Below, piece by piece: positions 27,580-37,664 of a stretch of DNA of 64,000 nt (its first letter is position 1; every line of letters begins with the position of its first letter). The notes beneath the pieces were generated by a model. It searched no databases and was not told where the DNA came from. It saw only the letters and a program-made list of their open reading frames with translations. The stretch is taken from assembly GCA_016840095.1 (NCBI GenBank), contig JAEOSZ010000024.1, forward strand, positions 44,958 to 108,957. Reading direction: 5' to 3'. The position numbers and the translations under genes were made by a program. Origin of the DNA: Candidatus Heimdallarchaeota archaeon (GTDB lineage: Archaea; Asgardarchaeota; Heimdallarchaeia; Heimdallarchaeales; Heimdallarchaeaceae).

Positions 27580-27762
27580 GTATATCAGCTAGTTTTGGGC
27601 ACTTGAACATTTATAAACAGAGCTAAATCATTAGGATGGAGTTTTCTTAATTTCCATTTTCAATTATTCTATATTATTTGATGTTAGTTTTTTAAAAACT
27701 AAATTGTTAAACCAATGAACATTTAAACAAGTAAATAAAATCTAGTGTAGTTTTAGTTTAAA

Positions 27763-28665
27763 ATGGAGATTAAAATGAAAAAAGCAGATATAATGTCTAT
27801 TTTTGGTGTTTTGATTAGTACAGCAATTGGTACTGGAATTGCTTTTGCTGGAAGTTATGGTGGGATATTGATTGGTAAAATACCTTTATTCGCACTTTGT
27901 ATCATAATTGTTTTTGCGATTCAATGGATTGCTTTTATACCGGCTTTCCTATTGAAAACTGAGAAATTCTTTGATTTGACCGGAGCACTAACTTATATTA
28001 CTGTAATAGTACTCGGAGTTGTTTTGGGTACAGGTTTCACAGTCAGATCTACAATTATTATGGTTTTAGTAATTATTTGGGCATCTAGACTTGGATTCTT
28101 CTTGTTCAGACGTGTTCTGAAAGTAGGAGAAGATAAACGATTTGAGGAAATCAAGAAATCTTTCTTTAGATTCCTAATGACTTGGACCATTCAAGGTGTA
28201 TGGGTTACTTTCACTTTAGCTGCTGCACTAGCTACCGTCACAGCCTTTGAAACTACTCCTTATAGAATCTATGACTGGATTCTCCTTGCAATAGGTGGAG
28301 TAATCTGGTTAACAGGTTTCTCATTTGAAGCAATAGCTGATTTGCAAAAAAATAAATTCAGAGCTAATCCAGCTAATAAAGGGAAATTTATTACATCAGG
28401 ATTGTGGTCAATTTCTCGACATCCAAATTATTTTGGTGAAATTGTAATCTGGATAGGTATGGCTTTAATTGCATTACCATCTTTAGTAACTTGGAGATTT
28501 ATTACTTTGATCTCACCTTTATTCATAGCATTACAATTAACTCTCATAAGTGGAGTTAATATGTTGGAGAGAAGATCTGATGAGAAATGGGGAGGACAAG
28601 AAGATTACGAAGGTTACAAGAAGAAAACTGCTGTATTAATCCCATGGTTAAGGTTTAAAAAATAA
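27763..28665 (+). CDS. DUF1295 / steroid 5-alpha-reductase-like membrane protein
   Basis: EKFFDLTG, EDKRF, EAIADLQK, FITSGLWSISRHPNYFGE, SGVNMLE. Confidence 0.9.
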   Translation: MEIKMKKADIMSIFGVLISTAIGTGIAFAGSYGGILIGKIPLFALCIIIVFAIQWIAFIPAFLLKTEKFFDLTGALTYITVIVLGVVLGTGFTVRSTIIMVLVIIWASRLGFFLFRRVLKVGEDKRFEEIKKSFFRFLMTWTIQGVWVTFTLAAALATVTAFETTPYRIYDWILLAIGGVIWLTGFSFEAIADLQKNKFRANPANKGKFITSGLWSISRHPNYFGEIVIWIGMALIALPSLVTWRFITLISPLFIALQLTLISGVNMLERRSDEKWGGQEDYEGYKKKTAVLIPWLRFKK

Positions 28666-28732
28666 TCTTCTCTTTTTTTCTTAATATTTAAAAACAACCT
28701 ATATAAATCCAAACAAAGGATTTGAGCATGAG

Positions 28733-29779
28733 ATGAATTGGAAGTATTGGAAGAAATTAGGATTAAGATTTCTCATTTTTAATTTGATATTATGGTCTAT
28801 AATGGCTGCTGGAATTACTCTTGCTTTCGATAGCCCTGGACAGTACAAGTATAGTGATACTGATTGGGATAATTTCTCATACTCCCCAAACTATAATGAA
28901 ACTGAGTGGAACATTCTTTTTGATAGTCATAGTCACACCTATTTCTCAGATGGAAGTTTATCACCTAGACAAAATCTTCTATGGCACATGAGTATGGGAT
29001 TCAATGCTATGGCATTAACTGATCATAATACATTTGAAGGAATCAATGAGATCAGACAAATAGCTAGAACTGAATTCAACGATACTATTAAGGTTCTTAT
29101 AGGTATTGAGTGGACTTCTGACAAATGTCATTTGAATTTCATCCTACCACCATATACTTTGGAAGAAGAGTATAATCAATTAGTTACTTTTACTGGATAT
29201 GCATACACTCCAACTGATCAAGAAGTTCAAGATGCCATAGATAATGTTCACTTACTTGGTGGTATTGTGATAGTTAACCATTATCCTTGGTCTGAGGACT
29301 ACTGTAGAAATCAACCTACACGTGAAACATTTCGGGATTGGGGAGTAGACTATTTTGAAACTATAAATGAAAATCATTATGATAATGAGTCATATTACTT
29401 CAATTTGGATAATGGACTTGGTCAAATTGCTGGAACAGATATGCATGATCCTGAACCTGTTTATGGTTATACAACTCTCAATGTTTCGGAATTTTCAGAA
29501 CAAGCTATCTTTGATGAACTAGAAGCTAGAAGAACAGGATTACTTTATACAGGTATACCCTCCCCATATGATGTTGAACATCTAGTAAATCCAGTTTACA
29601 TAGTACTCTATCCCTTGATTAAGATAGGAGAAATGTTTGAAGGTATGTATTCAGGTGGATCTTTTGGACCTATGCTAACTGTTTTCTTTGCTTATACTTA
29701 CGGGGGATTTATCGTATACGAAGCTTTGAAGTTCACTATACCTTGGAGTATTAAAAAATTAAGAAAGGAAAAGACCTAG
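28733..29779 (+). CDS. Membrane-anchored PHP-domain metallohydrolase
   Basis: DSHSHTYFSDG, ALTDHN, GIEW, NHYP, GTDMH; hydrophobic helices at both ends. Confidence 0.85.
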   Translation: MNWKYWKKLGLRFLIFNLILWSIMAAGITLAFDSPGQYKYSDTDWDNFSYSPNYNETEWNILFDSHSHTYFSDGSLSPRQNLLWHMSMGFNAMALTDHNTFEGINEIRQIARTEFNDTIKVLIGIEWTSDKCHLNFILPPYTLEEEYNQLVTFTGYAYTPTDQEVQDAIDNVHLLGGIVIVNHYPWSEDYCRNQPTRETFRDWGVDYFETINENHYDNESYYFNLDNGLGQIAGTDMHDPEPVYGYTTLNVSEFSEQAIFDELEARRTGLLYTGIPSPYDVEHLVNPVYIVLYPLIKIGEMFEGMYSGGSFGPMLTVFFAYTYGGFIVYEALKFTIPWSIKKLRKEKT

Positions 29780-29794
29780 AGTTTCGGATAAATT

Positions 29795-30874
29795 CTATGT
29801 CTTGTTATTTTGTTTTCTTTCTGCATCTATTTTTTCCCATTCAATGTTAGGAAAAGTGAGTGTCATTCTGGTTCCAACTATTTCTCCCAAACGCTTGATA
29901 TTTTCAATTCTAAGAGTCAAATTATACCGATCCAACATGGTTTGTGTTACAGCAACATCAAGTTTCTTAGTATCTAACTCATCTATCTCAAGTATCTCTA
30001 ATCTAGCATCTTTGGAAAGGATTATTCCTTCAAAATGTAATTTAATATTGATCCTGTCTTGTTTAGGTTTAGTAACATAAATCTCAACCTCTACCTTATC
30101 TTCAGTATATTCCATCATTCGTACAATAAGATTAACAAGAATCCTGTAGAGGTATTCGTCTCCTAGAACAACTAAGTCCTCCATGTGAGTTATGTCTACT
30201 CTAATATGTTTTGCAAAAAAGTTATTTAGATATCTAATAGCATGATTCACAAAATCTTCAATTTTCTGATTAGATAAAGATCTATCTTCTTGTAAAAGCA
30301 GATTGATATTTGCATTTTGGATTAGATAAATAGATCTAATAGTTATATCTCTCATCTTTGCTAGAAGTTGCTCAGAAGTATCTGATAGTGATTCTTCTTT
30401 AGTTATTGTTTTTCTGAAAAAATCAATATAACCAACTTCTGCATGTAAATTATTTAGTAAATCATGCTGGAATAACTCAAAGAGAAACTTTCTTTGAAGA
30501 GCTGAATCAATAATATCTTGAATATCTCGGCATATAAGTACAATATAATTTTCTTCAATTGATTTGATTACATTTGCGGATATATGAAATGGAATCTCTG
30601 TTCTGTTTTTTGTTAAAAACACAAGTCGTTTAGATTGACTTTCTTTTTCAATTGTGTCTTTCAATAGTTCCAAAAACATTTTTTTATCTTTGATGTATTT
30701 CTTTATTTCTGTGTTTTTAATTTCTTGAAGTGTTCTACCTAGATACCTACAAGCTTGAATATTCGCATCGTGAATAATACCTTCATTGTCAATCAGATAT
30801 ATCATATCCATACTATTTTGGAAAATGATATCGAAGGTTTCTTGTATTAATGTTGCATTTTCTTCAGGATTCAT
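29795..30874 (-). CDS. PAS domain protein with degenerate histidine-kinase module
   Basis: PAS (IFQNSMDMIYLID.EG.I..AN..AC..LG..ICRDI), H-box-like HDLLN, N-box-like ILVNLI, no G-boxes. Confidence 0.8.
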   Translation of the reverse strand: MNPEENATLIQETFDIIFQNSMDMIYLIDNEGIIHDANIQACRYLGRTLQEIKNTEIKKYIKDKKMFLELLKDTIEKESQSKRLVFLTKNRTEIPFHISANVIKSIEENYIVLICRDIQDIIDSALQRKFLFELFQHDLLNNLHAEVGYIDFFRKTITKEESLSDTSEQLLAKMRDITIRSIYLIQNANINLLLQEDRSLSNQKIEDFVNHAIRYLNNFFAKHIRVDITHMEDLVVLGDEYLYRILVNLIVRMMEYTEDKVEVEIYVTKPKQDRINIKLHFEGIILSKDARLEILEIDELDTKKLDVAVTQTMLDRYNLTLRIENIKRLGEIVGTRMTLTFPNIEWEKIDAERKQNNKT

Positions 30875-30958
30875 AGGTAATTATCACTTTATATAACACT
30901 GATACTAGCATACACCGGATAAAAGCGTTTCGCAGTAACATATAAAAAAGTTGGTAAT

Positions 30959-31558
30959 TCAATACCAAACATCTTTTAATTTCAGGAAATAAGCTGCAAT
31001 ATTCGTAACGAAGTGCAACGCAGGAGTTACAATTATTAAAGCGACTACATAGAACCATAGATTACTTACACCCCATACAAAAGGTAAAGCAAACAATAAC
31101 CCAGTTACCATCCAGCTTCCTTGATCATAAAGAGGTAATGCTCCTCCAGATTGAATATTCATTCTTCTCTTAATGAAAGAACCTAATAAATCTGCAAAAT
31201 GATCACCTATACACATAAAGAATCCAACATACCAGGGATAGACAGGATATCCTGATTTTGTTGGTGTAATTGTAGGTGAATACTTTGTAGCAATCTCAAA
31301 AACATTCCATTTTACGGTACAAAGATACCATACCACTACACCTGCTACAGTTCCAAATATTATTCCAAAAATTATTCCTCTCCATGTTTTATGGTCACCA
31401 AAAATTCTTCTCCCATCCTTCCAATTTTTACCTCCATCTACTGGAACTCCAAGGAAAGGTATGAATTTACTTAGATTGGCAAAGGAATTACAGAAGTATA
31501 TTGGTGCTCCAAAAACGAGAGCATACCATACTAATAGGAAGAAAGTACCCGCATCCAT
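30959..31558 (-). CDS. carS: CDP-2,3-bis-(O-geranylgeranyl)-sn-glycerol synthase (CDP-archaeol synthase)
   Basis: PVDGGK..DGRRIFGDHKTWRG, DLLGSFIKRR..G..LP.YDQ, LKLKDVWY. Confidence 0.92.
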   Translation of the reverse strand: MDAGTFFLLVWYALVFGAPIYFCNSFANLSKFIPFLGVPVDGGKNWKDGRRIFGDHKTWRGIIFGIIFGTVAGVVVWYLCTVKWNVFEIATKYSPTITPTKSGYPVYPWYVGFFMCIGDHFADLLGSFIKRRMNIQSGGALPLYDQGSWMVTGLLFALPFVWGVSNLWFYVVALIIVTPALHFVTNIAAYFLKLKDVWY

Positions 31559-31651
31559 AGAGAGTGCAATACAGATGATGATTAAAAGATTTTTGTATAT
31601 TTTTTCCTATGAAAATATGATTTAGACCAGTTGAGTTAAAGAAAAATTAAT

Positions 31652-32602
31652 ATGGTATGCTGTTTTACAACTCTATATAGCACTGTAGAGGTCTATAAAT
31701 TGAGCATCAAAGGACGACGCAAAATCGATTACGAGTGCAATTTGTGTAAAAAAACTAGAATTCTCTATGTTCTACCTACTTTACATCAAAGTGTTGATGA
31801 AAGAGGGTATGTTGAATATGTAGATATTCATCCATGTGAGGATGACAGGTTAAATGCAAATATTCTCTACGTAGACAAAAGCATGGTTGTTCGATCTCAG
31901 GTACCAGTGAGAGTAGGTGATAACATGACTGCTCAAAGTATCTCTGCAATGCAGATTCCTGTTCCAAAGAAAGTTGATTTCAAAACTGCAATAATCGAAC
32001 CAGCTAAAGATTTCAAATATAAAAATGTCAAATCACTAAAAATTACTGATAGATTAAGACAAACCATTTTTCTGCTTGAAGAAAAAGGAGCTGGAAAGAA
32101 GCTACAAGTTACTTCTGATCTTGAATTTATCGACATTGAAATCAAAATTGCCAAAGGAGTTGACATAGACATTGCTGAAGACTGGTTAAAACAACTAGCT
32201 TCAATTTTAGAAGCAATTGTTCTTTTAGATGAAGAAATGTTAACATTTATGGCACTCTATCTTGATCCAAAAATCTCTAAACCACCTTCTGGAGAAAGCA
32301 TTATCGAACTTGATATGATTCTTCATGCTAAAAGTTCCTTTCCTATAGCATCACTGAAATCTTATGCTACATTCAGGAGACAATGGCCTAGAATCAAAAG
32401 TGAAAGAAAAGGAACTGATTTTGAATCTTACGAAAAATTGTTAACTTATTGCATCGGCAACCAGTACAAGACTCTTCTTGACATTTACTTCAAAGCTGAA
32501 TCAGCAATGAGTTTTCTAACATATATTGATAGAATAGAAGATATGTCAATGTTAGGATTAATCAATATTCGAAAAACAGAATTCTTCACAGTTGATGATT
32601 AA
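31652..32602 (+). CDS. Hypothetical protein with N-terminal CxxC..HxC zinc motif
   Basis: YECNLC..YVDIHPC. TTG 31700 after GAGGT is the likelier start. Confidence 0.7.
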   Translation: MVCCFTTLYSTVEVYKLSIKGRRKIDYECNLCKKTRILYVLPTLHQSVDERGYVEYVDIHPCEDDRLNANILYVDKSMVVRSQVPVRVGDNMTAQSISAMQIPVPKKVDFKTAIIEPAKDFKYKNVKSLKITDRLRQTIFLLEEKGAGKKLQVTSDLEFIDIEIKIAKGVDIDIAEDWLKQLASILEAIVLLDEEMLTFMALYLDPKISKPPSGESIIELDMILHAKSSFPIASLKSYATFRRQWPRIKSERKGTDFESYEKLLTYCIGNQYKTLLDIYFKAESAMSFLTYIDRIEDMSMLGLINIRKTEFFTVDD

Positions 32603-32645
32603 TTTTCTTCGAAAGAGATAAAAGTAACAATTTTGCAACTATGTT

Positions 32646-33815
32646 ATGAGCCAACTAGCTGATAGACTCTCTCTTTTTCAAGAATCAGTTATTCGAGAGA
32701 TGACCAGAAAAGCTATTGAAAATGATGCTATCAATCTTTCGCAAGGAATGCCTGATTACATCCCTCATGAACAATTAGTTGAAGGGATAAGGGAATCAAT
32801 CAAAGAAAATGAACATCAATATACAGTTACTTATGGTCGAGGAGATTTAAGAGAAAAAATTGCTGAGAAATATGTTTCCTTCAATAATATTCTCTACAAT
32901 TTTGAAGATGAGATTACCGTTACTTGTGGAGCAAGTGAAGCAATTGCTAGTAGCATACTAGCTGTTCTTAATCCTGACGATGAAATAATGATTTTATCTC
33001 CCTGGTATGAAAATTATGTTCCTATTACCTATCTTGCAGGGGGAAAGCCTATTTTTGTTGATCTGAATGATGAAGATTTTAGTCTTGATGAAGAAACTAT
33101 AAAGAAAGCAGTTACACCTAATACCAAAGCAGTAATCATCAATACACCACACAATCCTTCAGGAAAAGTTTTTTCAAAAAATGAATTGAAAACTTTGGCT
33201 GACATTTGTACAGATAATAACATACTAGCTATAACTGATGAAATCTATGAACATATTATCTATGACAATCTTGAGCATGTAAGCCCTGCTAGTATAGACA
33301 ATATGTTTGAGAGAACAATCACTATCTCAGGTTTCAGTAAAACTTATTCAATAACAGGTTGGAGAATTGGCTATGCATTGGCTGAAAAGAAATTAATGGA
33401 AGGAGTGAGGAAAGTTCATGATTACTTGACAATTTGTGCTCCTTCTCTTTTGCAATATGCTGCACTAAAAACATTTGATTTTCTTCCAGATTATTTTCAA
33501 AAATTGAAAGAAAGATACCAAACTAACAGAGATTTCATTGTCTCTAAGTTGAGGTCATTTGGCTTTAGAATCGTTGAACCAAAAGGTGCATATTATTTAC
33601 TAGCAGATGTATCTTCTTTTGACATGAATGACAAAGACTTCGCAGATTTTCTAGTTAAAGATAAGGGAGTTGCTACTGTTCCAGGTTCAAGTTTTTATGA
33701 GAAGGCAAATAGGGATGCTAAAGGTACAAATTACATAAGATTCTCCTTTTCACATAAATTAGAAACTTTGCAAGAAGCTATGTTAAGAATTGAGAAAAGA
33801 ATAAAAGAAAAATAA
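32646..33815 (+). CDS. PLP-dependent aminotransferase class I/II
   Basis: INLSQGMPD, NTPHNPSG, DEIY, SKTYSITGWRIG, YIRFSF. Confidence 0.93.
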   Translation: MSQLADRLSLFQESVIREMTRKAIENDAINLSQGMPDYIPHEQLVEGIRESIKENEHQYTVTYGRGDLREKIAEKYVSFNNILYNFEDEITVTCGASEAIASSILAVLNPDDEIMILSPWYENYVPITYLAGGKPIFVDLNDEDFSLDEETIKKAVTPNTKAVIINTPHNPSGKVFSKNELKTLADICTDNNILAITDEIYEHIIYDNLEHVSPASIDNMFERTITISGFSKTYSITGWRIGYALAEKKLMEGVRKVHDYLTICAPSLLQYAALKTFDFLPDYFQKLKERYQTNRDFIVSKLRSFGFRIVEPKGAYYLLADVSSFDMNDKDFADFLVKDKGVATVPGSSFYEKANRDAKGTNYIRFSFSHKLETLQEAMLRIEKRIKEK

Positions 33816-33827
33816 AGAAGGAAGAAA

Positions 33828-35186
33828 CTATTTTCTTCTTCGAATTATTGGTAGAATTATTAGAACAGAGAATATCAAATATACCCATGTGAAACCAGGT
33901 AATGACCAGGTGCTTCCAGGAGTATAATCTGGATTATCTGAACCATCTATCAGTACTGAGGATTCATCTGGTAAAAATACCATTTCAAAGTCAACAAAAT
34001 CTGGTATTCCAACTGTCAAAGTTCTAGTTATACCTGAAATGATGTTAATCTCAAAAGACATTGACCAACCATTTGCATCTCCTTCTGTGAATTCAAAAGC
34101 AACTGTCATATAGTCTCCTGCTGTTGAAATGACTGTGTCATTAATTCCTGGATCATTGAAATCTCTTGCATTGTGGATAGCTTCCATATTAAGTAGAGTT
34201 GCATTATATAATGTACAACTAAGAGGATTTGCCATTGTTAACCAGATTGTAAACTGAGCTCGAGTCATTTGTTCCATGCTGACAGGTTCATCTTCAAAAA
34301 ACACTTCGAAGAAACTAATATATTCATTTCCTGTATAATCACCACCATAATATTCCATAGGATCTGTAGGTATAGTGCTATACTCGAATGAGAACACATC
34401 ACCAACTGCTAAAGTTTTATTATTTACTTCCATTTCTCCTTCACTAGCAGGTGCATAAGTTATCTCAGTGTATTCCCAAGCAAGAACTGTTCCATCAACA
34501 AGACTTGGGTGGAAGTTGAGTGTATTGGTTGTATCTGTTCCTTCATCATCAATAGTTGATTCCCAGATATCTAGTTGGCCAAACATTTCACCAAAATCAT
34601 CTTCAATGAAGAAATCGGCAACAATTCCAGTTTGATTGTTCACTGTTATAATGAAAGAATCTATTAAATCATTATAGATACTAATTTGAACGTAGTTACC
34701 ACCAGTCATTGCATAACTAATTGATGTTATGTTTGGATCTAATGCTGCTCTGTGTTCTACAAATTGTGTGATGTTGTATGTTTCTCCAGAAACAGGTAGA
34801 AACATGAATGGGAGTATCATATACTGAATAGCTAAAGATGGTTCGTCCTCATCATTTAGATCATATAATGAAACCTCATTATAATCTACGTAAAGTTTGA
34901 AGAAGTTTGGAGGATGACCAGAATCATATACATCATCATATAATGTAGGTATAGTATCGTTTATCTCCATAGCTAAAACACTGCCTAGAATAATGTCTAC
35001 TCCTCCTAGAGTTGGGGGATCAGCAGGATCGTGTAGAGCTTGATGTACTATTCTCCAAGCAATAACTTCGTCATCTAAACTTGTATGCCATACAATAACA
35101 TCTGATACTGCTTGAGTTTGCAATGGGATTAAAATTCCCGCAAGAATTAATGTGGTTATTAATGTAAAAATTGTTTTTCTTTTCAT
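33828..35186 (-). CDS. Acidic cell-surface protein with two internal domain repeats and PGF-CTERM sorting signal
   Basis: Signal peptide from ATG 35186 (MKRKT); WHTSLDDEVIAW versus FHPSLVDGTVLAW; tail LPGF plus TM plus RRRK. Confidence 0.8.
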   Translation of the reverse strand: MKRKTIFTLITTLILAGILIPLQTQAVSDVIVWHTSLDDEVIAWRIVHQALHDPADPPTLGGVDIILGSVLAMEINDTIPTLYDDVYDSGHPPNFFKLYVDYNEVSLYDLNDEDEPSLAIQYMILPFMFLPVSGETYNITQFVEHRAALDPNITSISYAMTGGNYVQISIYNDLIDSFIITVNNQTGIVADFFIEDDFGEMFGQLDIWESTIDDEGTDTTNTLNFHPSLVDGTVLAWEYTEITYAPASEGEMEVNNKTLAVGDVFSFEYSTIPTDPMEYYGGDYTGNEYISFFEVFFEDEPVSMEQMTRAQFTIWLTMANPLSCTLYNATLLNMEAIHNARDFNDPGINDTVISTAGDYMTVAFEFTEGDANGWSMSFEINIISGITRTLTVGIPDFVDFEMVFLPDESSVLIDGSDNPDYTPGSTWSLPGFTWVYLIFSVLIILPIIRRRK

Positions 35187-35348
35187 AATTATTGAACCCC
35201 TGTAATTCACTGTCAAAGTCCTTTTTCCAGCTAATAAATCTATTGCTCATTGCAAGTAGAAGTAGAATTAGGGAATTAAGAATTTAGAATCAATAAACTT
35301 ACAACCAGTAGACGAAATACTTATCTGTGTCTCATTACTCAATTCTTC

Positions 35349-35840
35349 ATGAATACTAAAGAAGAAATCTCTGTTGAGATAATAAAGGGAAAAGTAACCC
35401 GAATTCACTTGTTAATGTTTATAGTGAACCTTGTAATTCCAATCATTCTAGACCATTATGCAATAGTAAGAGATTCGATGTTTCTTAACCCAATTATTAT
35501 TGCATTTAATCCTGATCTCTTTGATGTTAATCCAGCTTTCAATTACAATATCTCAATGATTCTTTCAATAGTATTAGTAGCTGTGTACATTATTGTTGCG
35601 TTAGTGATTTCATTGATCAAATCTTTTGAATTCAGTTACTTGAATGTAACAGCTATGATATCTGCACTGTTATATCTTCTTTATTTCTTTGTCTTCCTTT
35701 ATCCTCCTTTAGGAGGACTACATCTGTATATACTCTTTATTGCATATATTGGCAGATATTTTGTTGTTCTTGGTGGAGTGCTCTACTTGGTTTTGTTGAT
35801 GTGGCAAACAAAAAGAGAAGTAGAAGAATTTTATGAGTAG
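35349..35840 (+). CDS. Hypothetical membrane protein (about 4 TM)
   Basis: Mostly hydrophobic ORF upstream of an ABC exporter. Confidence 0.7.
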   Translation: MNTKEEISVEIIKGKVTRIHLLMFIVNLVIPIILDHYAIVRDSMFLNPIIIAFNPDLFDVNPAFNYNISMILSIVLVAVYIIVALVISLIKSFEFSYLNVTAMISALLYLLYFFVFLYPPLGGLHLYILFIAYIGRYFVVLGGVLYLVLLMWQTKREVEEFYE

Positions 35841-35897
35841 ATGAATTCATAAGTATACTTTTTTAAATATCTCTAAGAGGAATATACCTCGTATAGC

Positions 35898-36857
35898 ATG
35901 AGTACCACCTCAAACTCTGAAGTCATTGTTGTTCAAAACTTAACTAAAGTCTATGGTAAAGAATATACTATACCTGGAAGGGAGAGTGCAAAAAGATTCA
36001 ATAAAATTGGGAGGAAAGTTATAGCTGTAAAGAATGCTAACTTCATTGTAAGAAAGGGAGAAATATATGGTTTTCTTGGACCAAATGGTTCTGGAAAAAC
36101 AACTACTATAAGGTGTATACTCGATTATCTCCATATCAAAACTGGTTCCATTTCAGTTCTTGGTTTAGATTATCACAAAGATAAAATAGAGATTAGAAAG
36201 AAAATTGGATACATACCTGGAGATTTAGCTTTATATGACAATTTTACAGGTAATGAACTGATCAATTTTTATGGAAAATTTCGTTCAATAGATACTAAAT
36301 TTCTAGAAGAGCTTAAACAAAATTTCAAAGTAGATTTAACATTGAAGATTAGAAATCTCTCATCGGGAAATAGACAACAAGTTGGGTTAATAGCAGCTCT
36401 TGCATCTAAACCTGAGTTACTATTGCTAGATGAACCCACTTCTGGTTTGGATCCATTGATGACAGCTAGATTTCACAGTGTATTGAAGAAGCTTCGAGTT
36501 GAGGGAATAACAATCTTCCTTAGCTCTCACGATCTTGCAGAAGTTCAATCTATTTGTGATAGAGTTGCCATTATAAAAGAAGGTGAAATTGTTCTTATTG
36601 AAGCAATAAGCGATTTAAAGAGAAAATTCTTACAAAATGTTATAGTTGAATTTGATTCTTCAAACTGTCCAGATTCTGAGTTTTTTGATAAATTTGAATT
36701 CATCATTAATATCCAAAAAATCAACGATTACTCTTTCAAATTACATATCAAGGAAAATATTGATGAACTCATTAGACTCCTTACTCAATTCAAGATAAGC
36801 AGGTTATCAGTTGAGGATGCTACTTTAGAGGAAATCTTTCTACATTATTATGAATAA
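35898..36857 (+). CDS. ABC-2 type transporter ATP-binding protein
   Basis: GPNGSGKT, LSSGNRQQ, LLLLDEPTSGLDP, SSH, TLEEIFLHYY. Confidence 0.93.
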   Translation: MSTTSNSEVIVVQNLTKVYGKEYTIPGRESAKRFNKIGRKVIAVKNANFIVRKGEIYGFLGPNGSGKTTTIRCILDYLHIKTGSISVLGLDYHKDKIEIRKKIGYIPGDLALYDNFTGNELINFYGKFRSIDTKFLEELKQNFKVDLTLKIRNLSSGNRQQVGLIAALASKPELLLLDEPTSGLDPLMTARFHSVLKKLRVEGITIFLSSHDLAEVQSICDRVAIIKEGEIVLIEAISDLKRKFLQNVIVEFDSSNCPDSEFFDKFEFIINIQKINDYSFKLHIKENIDELIRLLTQFKISRLSVEDATLEEIFLHYYE

Positions 36858-37664
36858 GTGAAAACAATGGTCAAAATATATCTCAAAAATATGAAAAAAA
36901 ATTGGAAAAGTGGAATCATTCCTCCTGCAGTAGTTGCTATAATTGTACCTATAATTGCTGCAATTTGGCCAGAACTTGAAGAGTTTTCAGAATTATTTCA
37001 AACATTTCTTGAAAATCCATTTTTTGAGGCTTTTCTTGGACATCTAGGTATAGGAGATCTTTCTACTTGGATGGGGGTTTACTACATGTACATTTTTATT
37101 TGGTTGGAATTAATTTTAGTATTTTTAGTAATTTTCTTTCCTTCTAGAATAATAACAACTGAAGTAGATAAACAAACCTTGGATATGACACTAAGTTTAC
37201 CAATACCTAGATGGAGATTCTTACTAGAGAAATTCTCTGTATATCTAACTTACAACCTCATTTATCCAGTAATGATAATAGTATTAACAGTGATAAGTAC
37301 TAGGGCAATGAATGAAGAGATGAACTATTTAGTTTTGACCTATTCATTAATTGGCATTTGGATGTGGTTTTTCGTTCTCGGTGCAATTTCATTACTTTGT
37401 GGTGCTCTTTTTCTTGAATCTAGAAAAACACTTGCTGCTTCTGCTACTATAATTATTACAATGTTTATAATTGTTCGAATAGGAGGAATGCTTGAATCTC
37501 TAAAAATACTGAAGTACTTCTCTGTTTTCAATTATATGTCAGCAGGAAGAATTCGAGATGCTGGAGTTTTTCCGGTAGGTGATTTCTTCATTCTATTGGG
37601 TATAGGTTTGACAGCACTACTTGGAGCACTTTTCATATTTCAAAAAAGAGAGCTAACTTACTAG
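36858..37664 (+). CDS. ABC-2 type transporter permease
   Basis: About 6 TM, EVDKQTLDMTLSLPIPRWRFLLEK, FQKREL end; abuts the ATPase gene. Confidence 0.88.
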   Translation: MKTMVKIYLKNMKKNWKSGIIPPAVVAIIVPIIAAIWPELEEFSELFQTFLENPFFEAFLGHLGIGDLSTWMGVYYMYIFIWLELILVFLVIFFPSRIITTEVDKQTLDMTLSLPIPRWRFLLEKFSVYLTYNLIYPVMIIVLTVISTRAMNEEMNYLVLTYSLIGIWMWFFVLGAISLLCGALFLESRKTLAASATIIITMFIIVRIGGMLESLKILKYFSVFNYMSAGRIRDAGVFPVGDFFILLGIGLTALLGALFIFQKRELTY

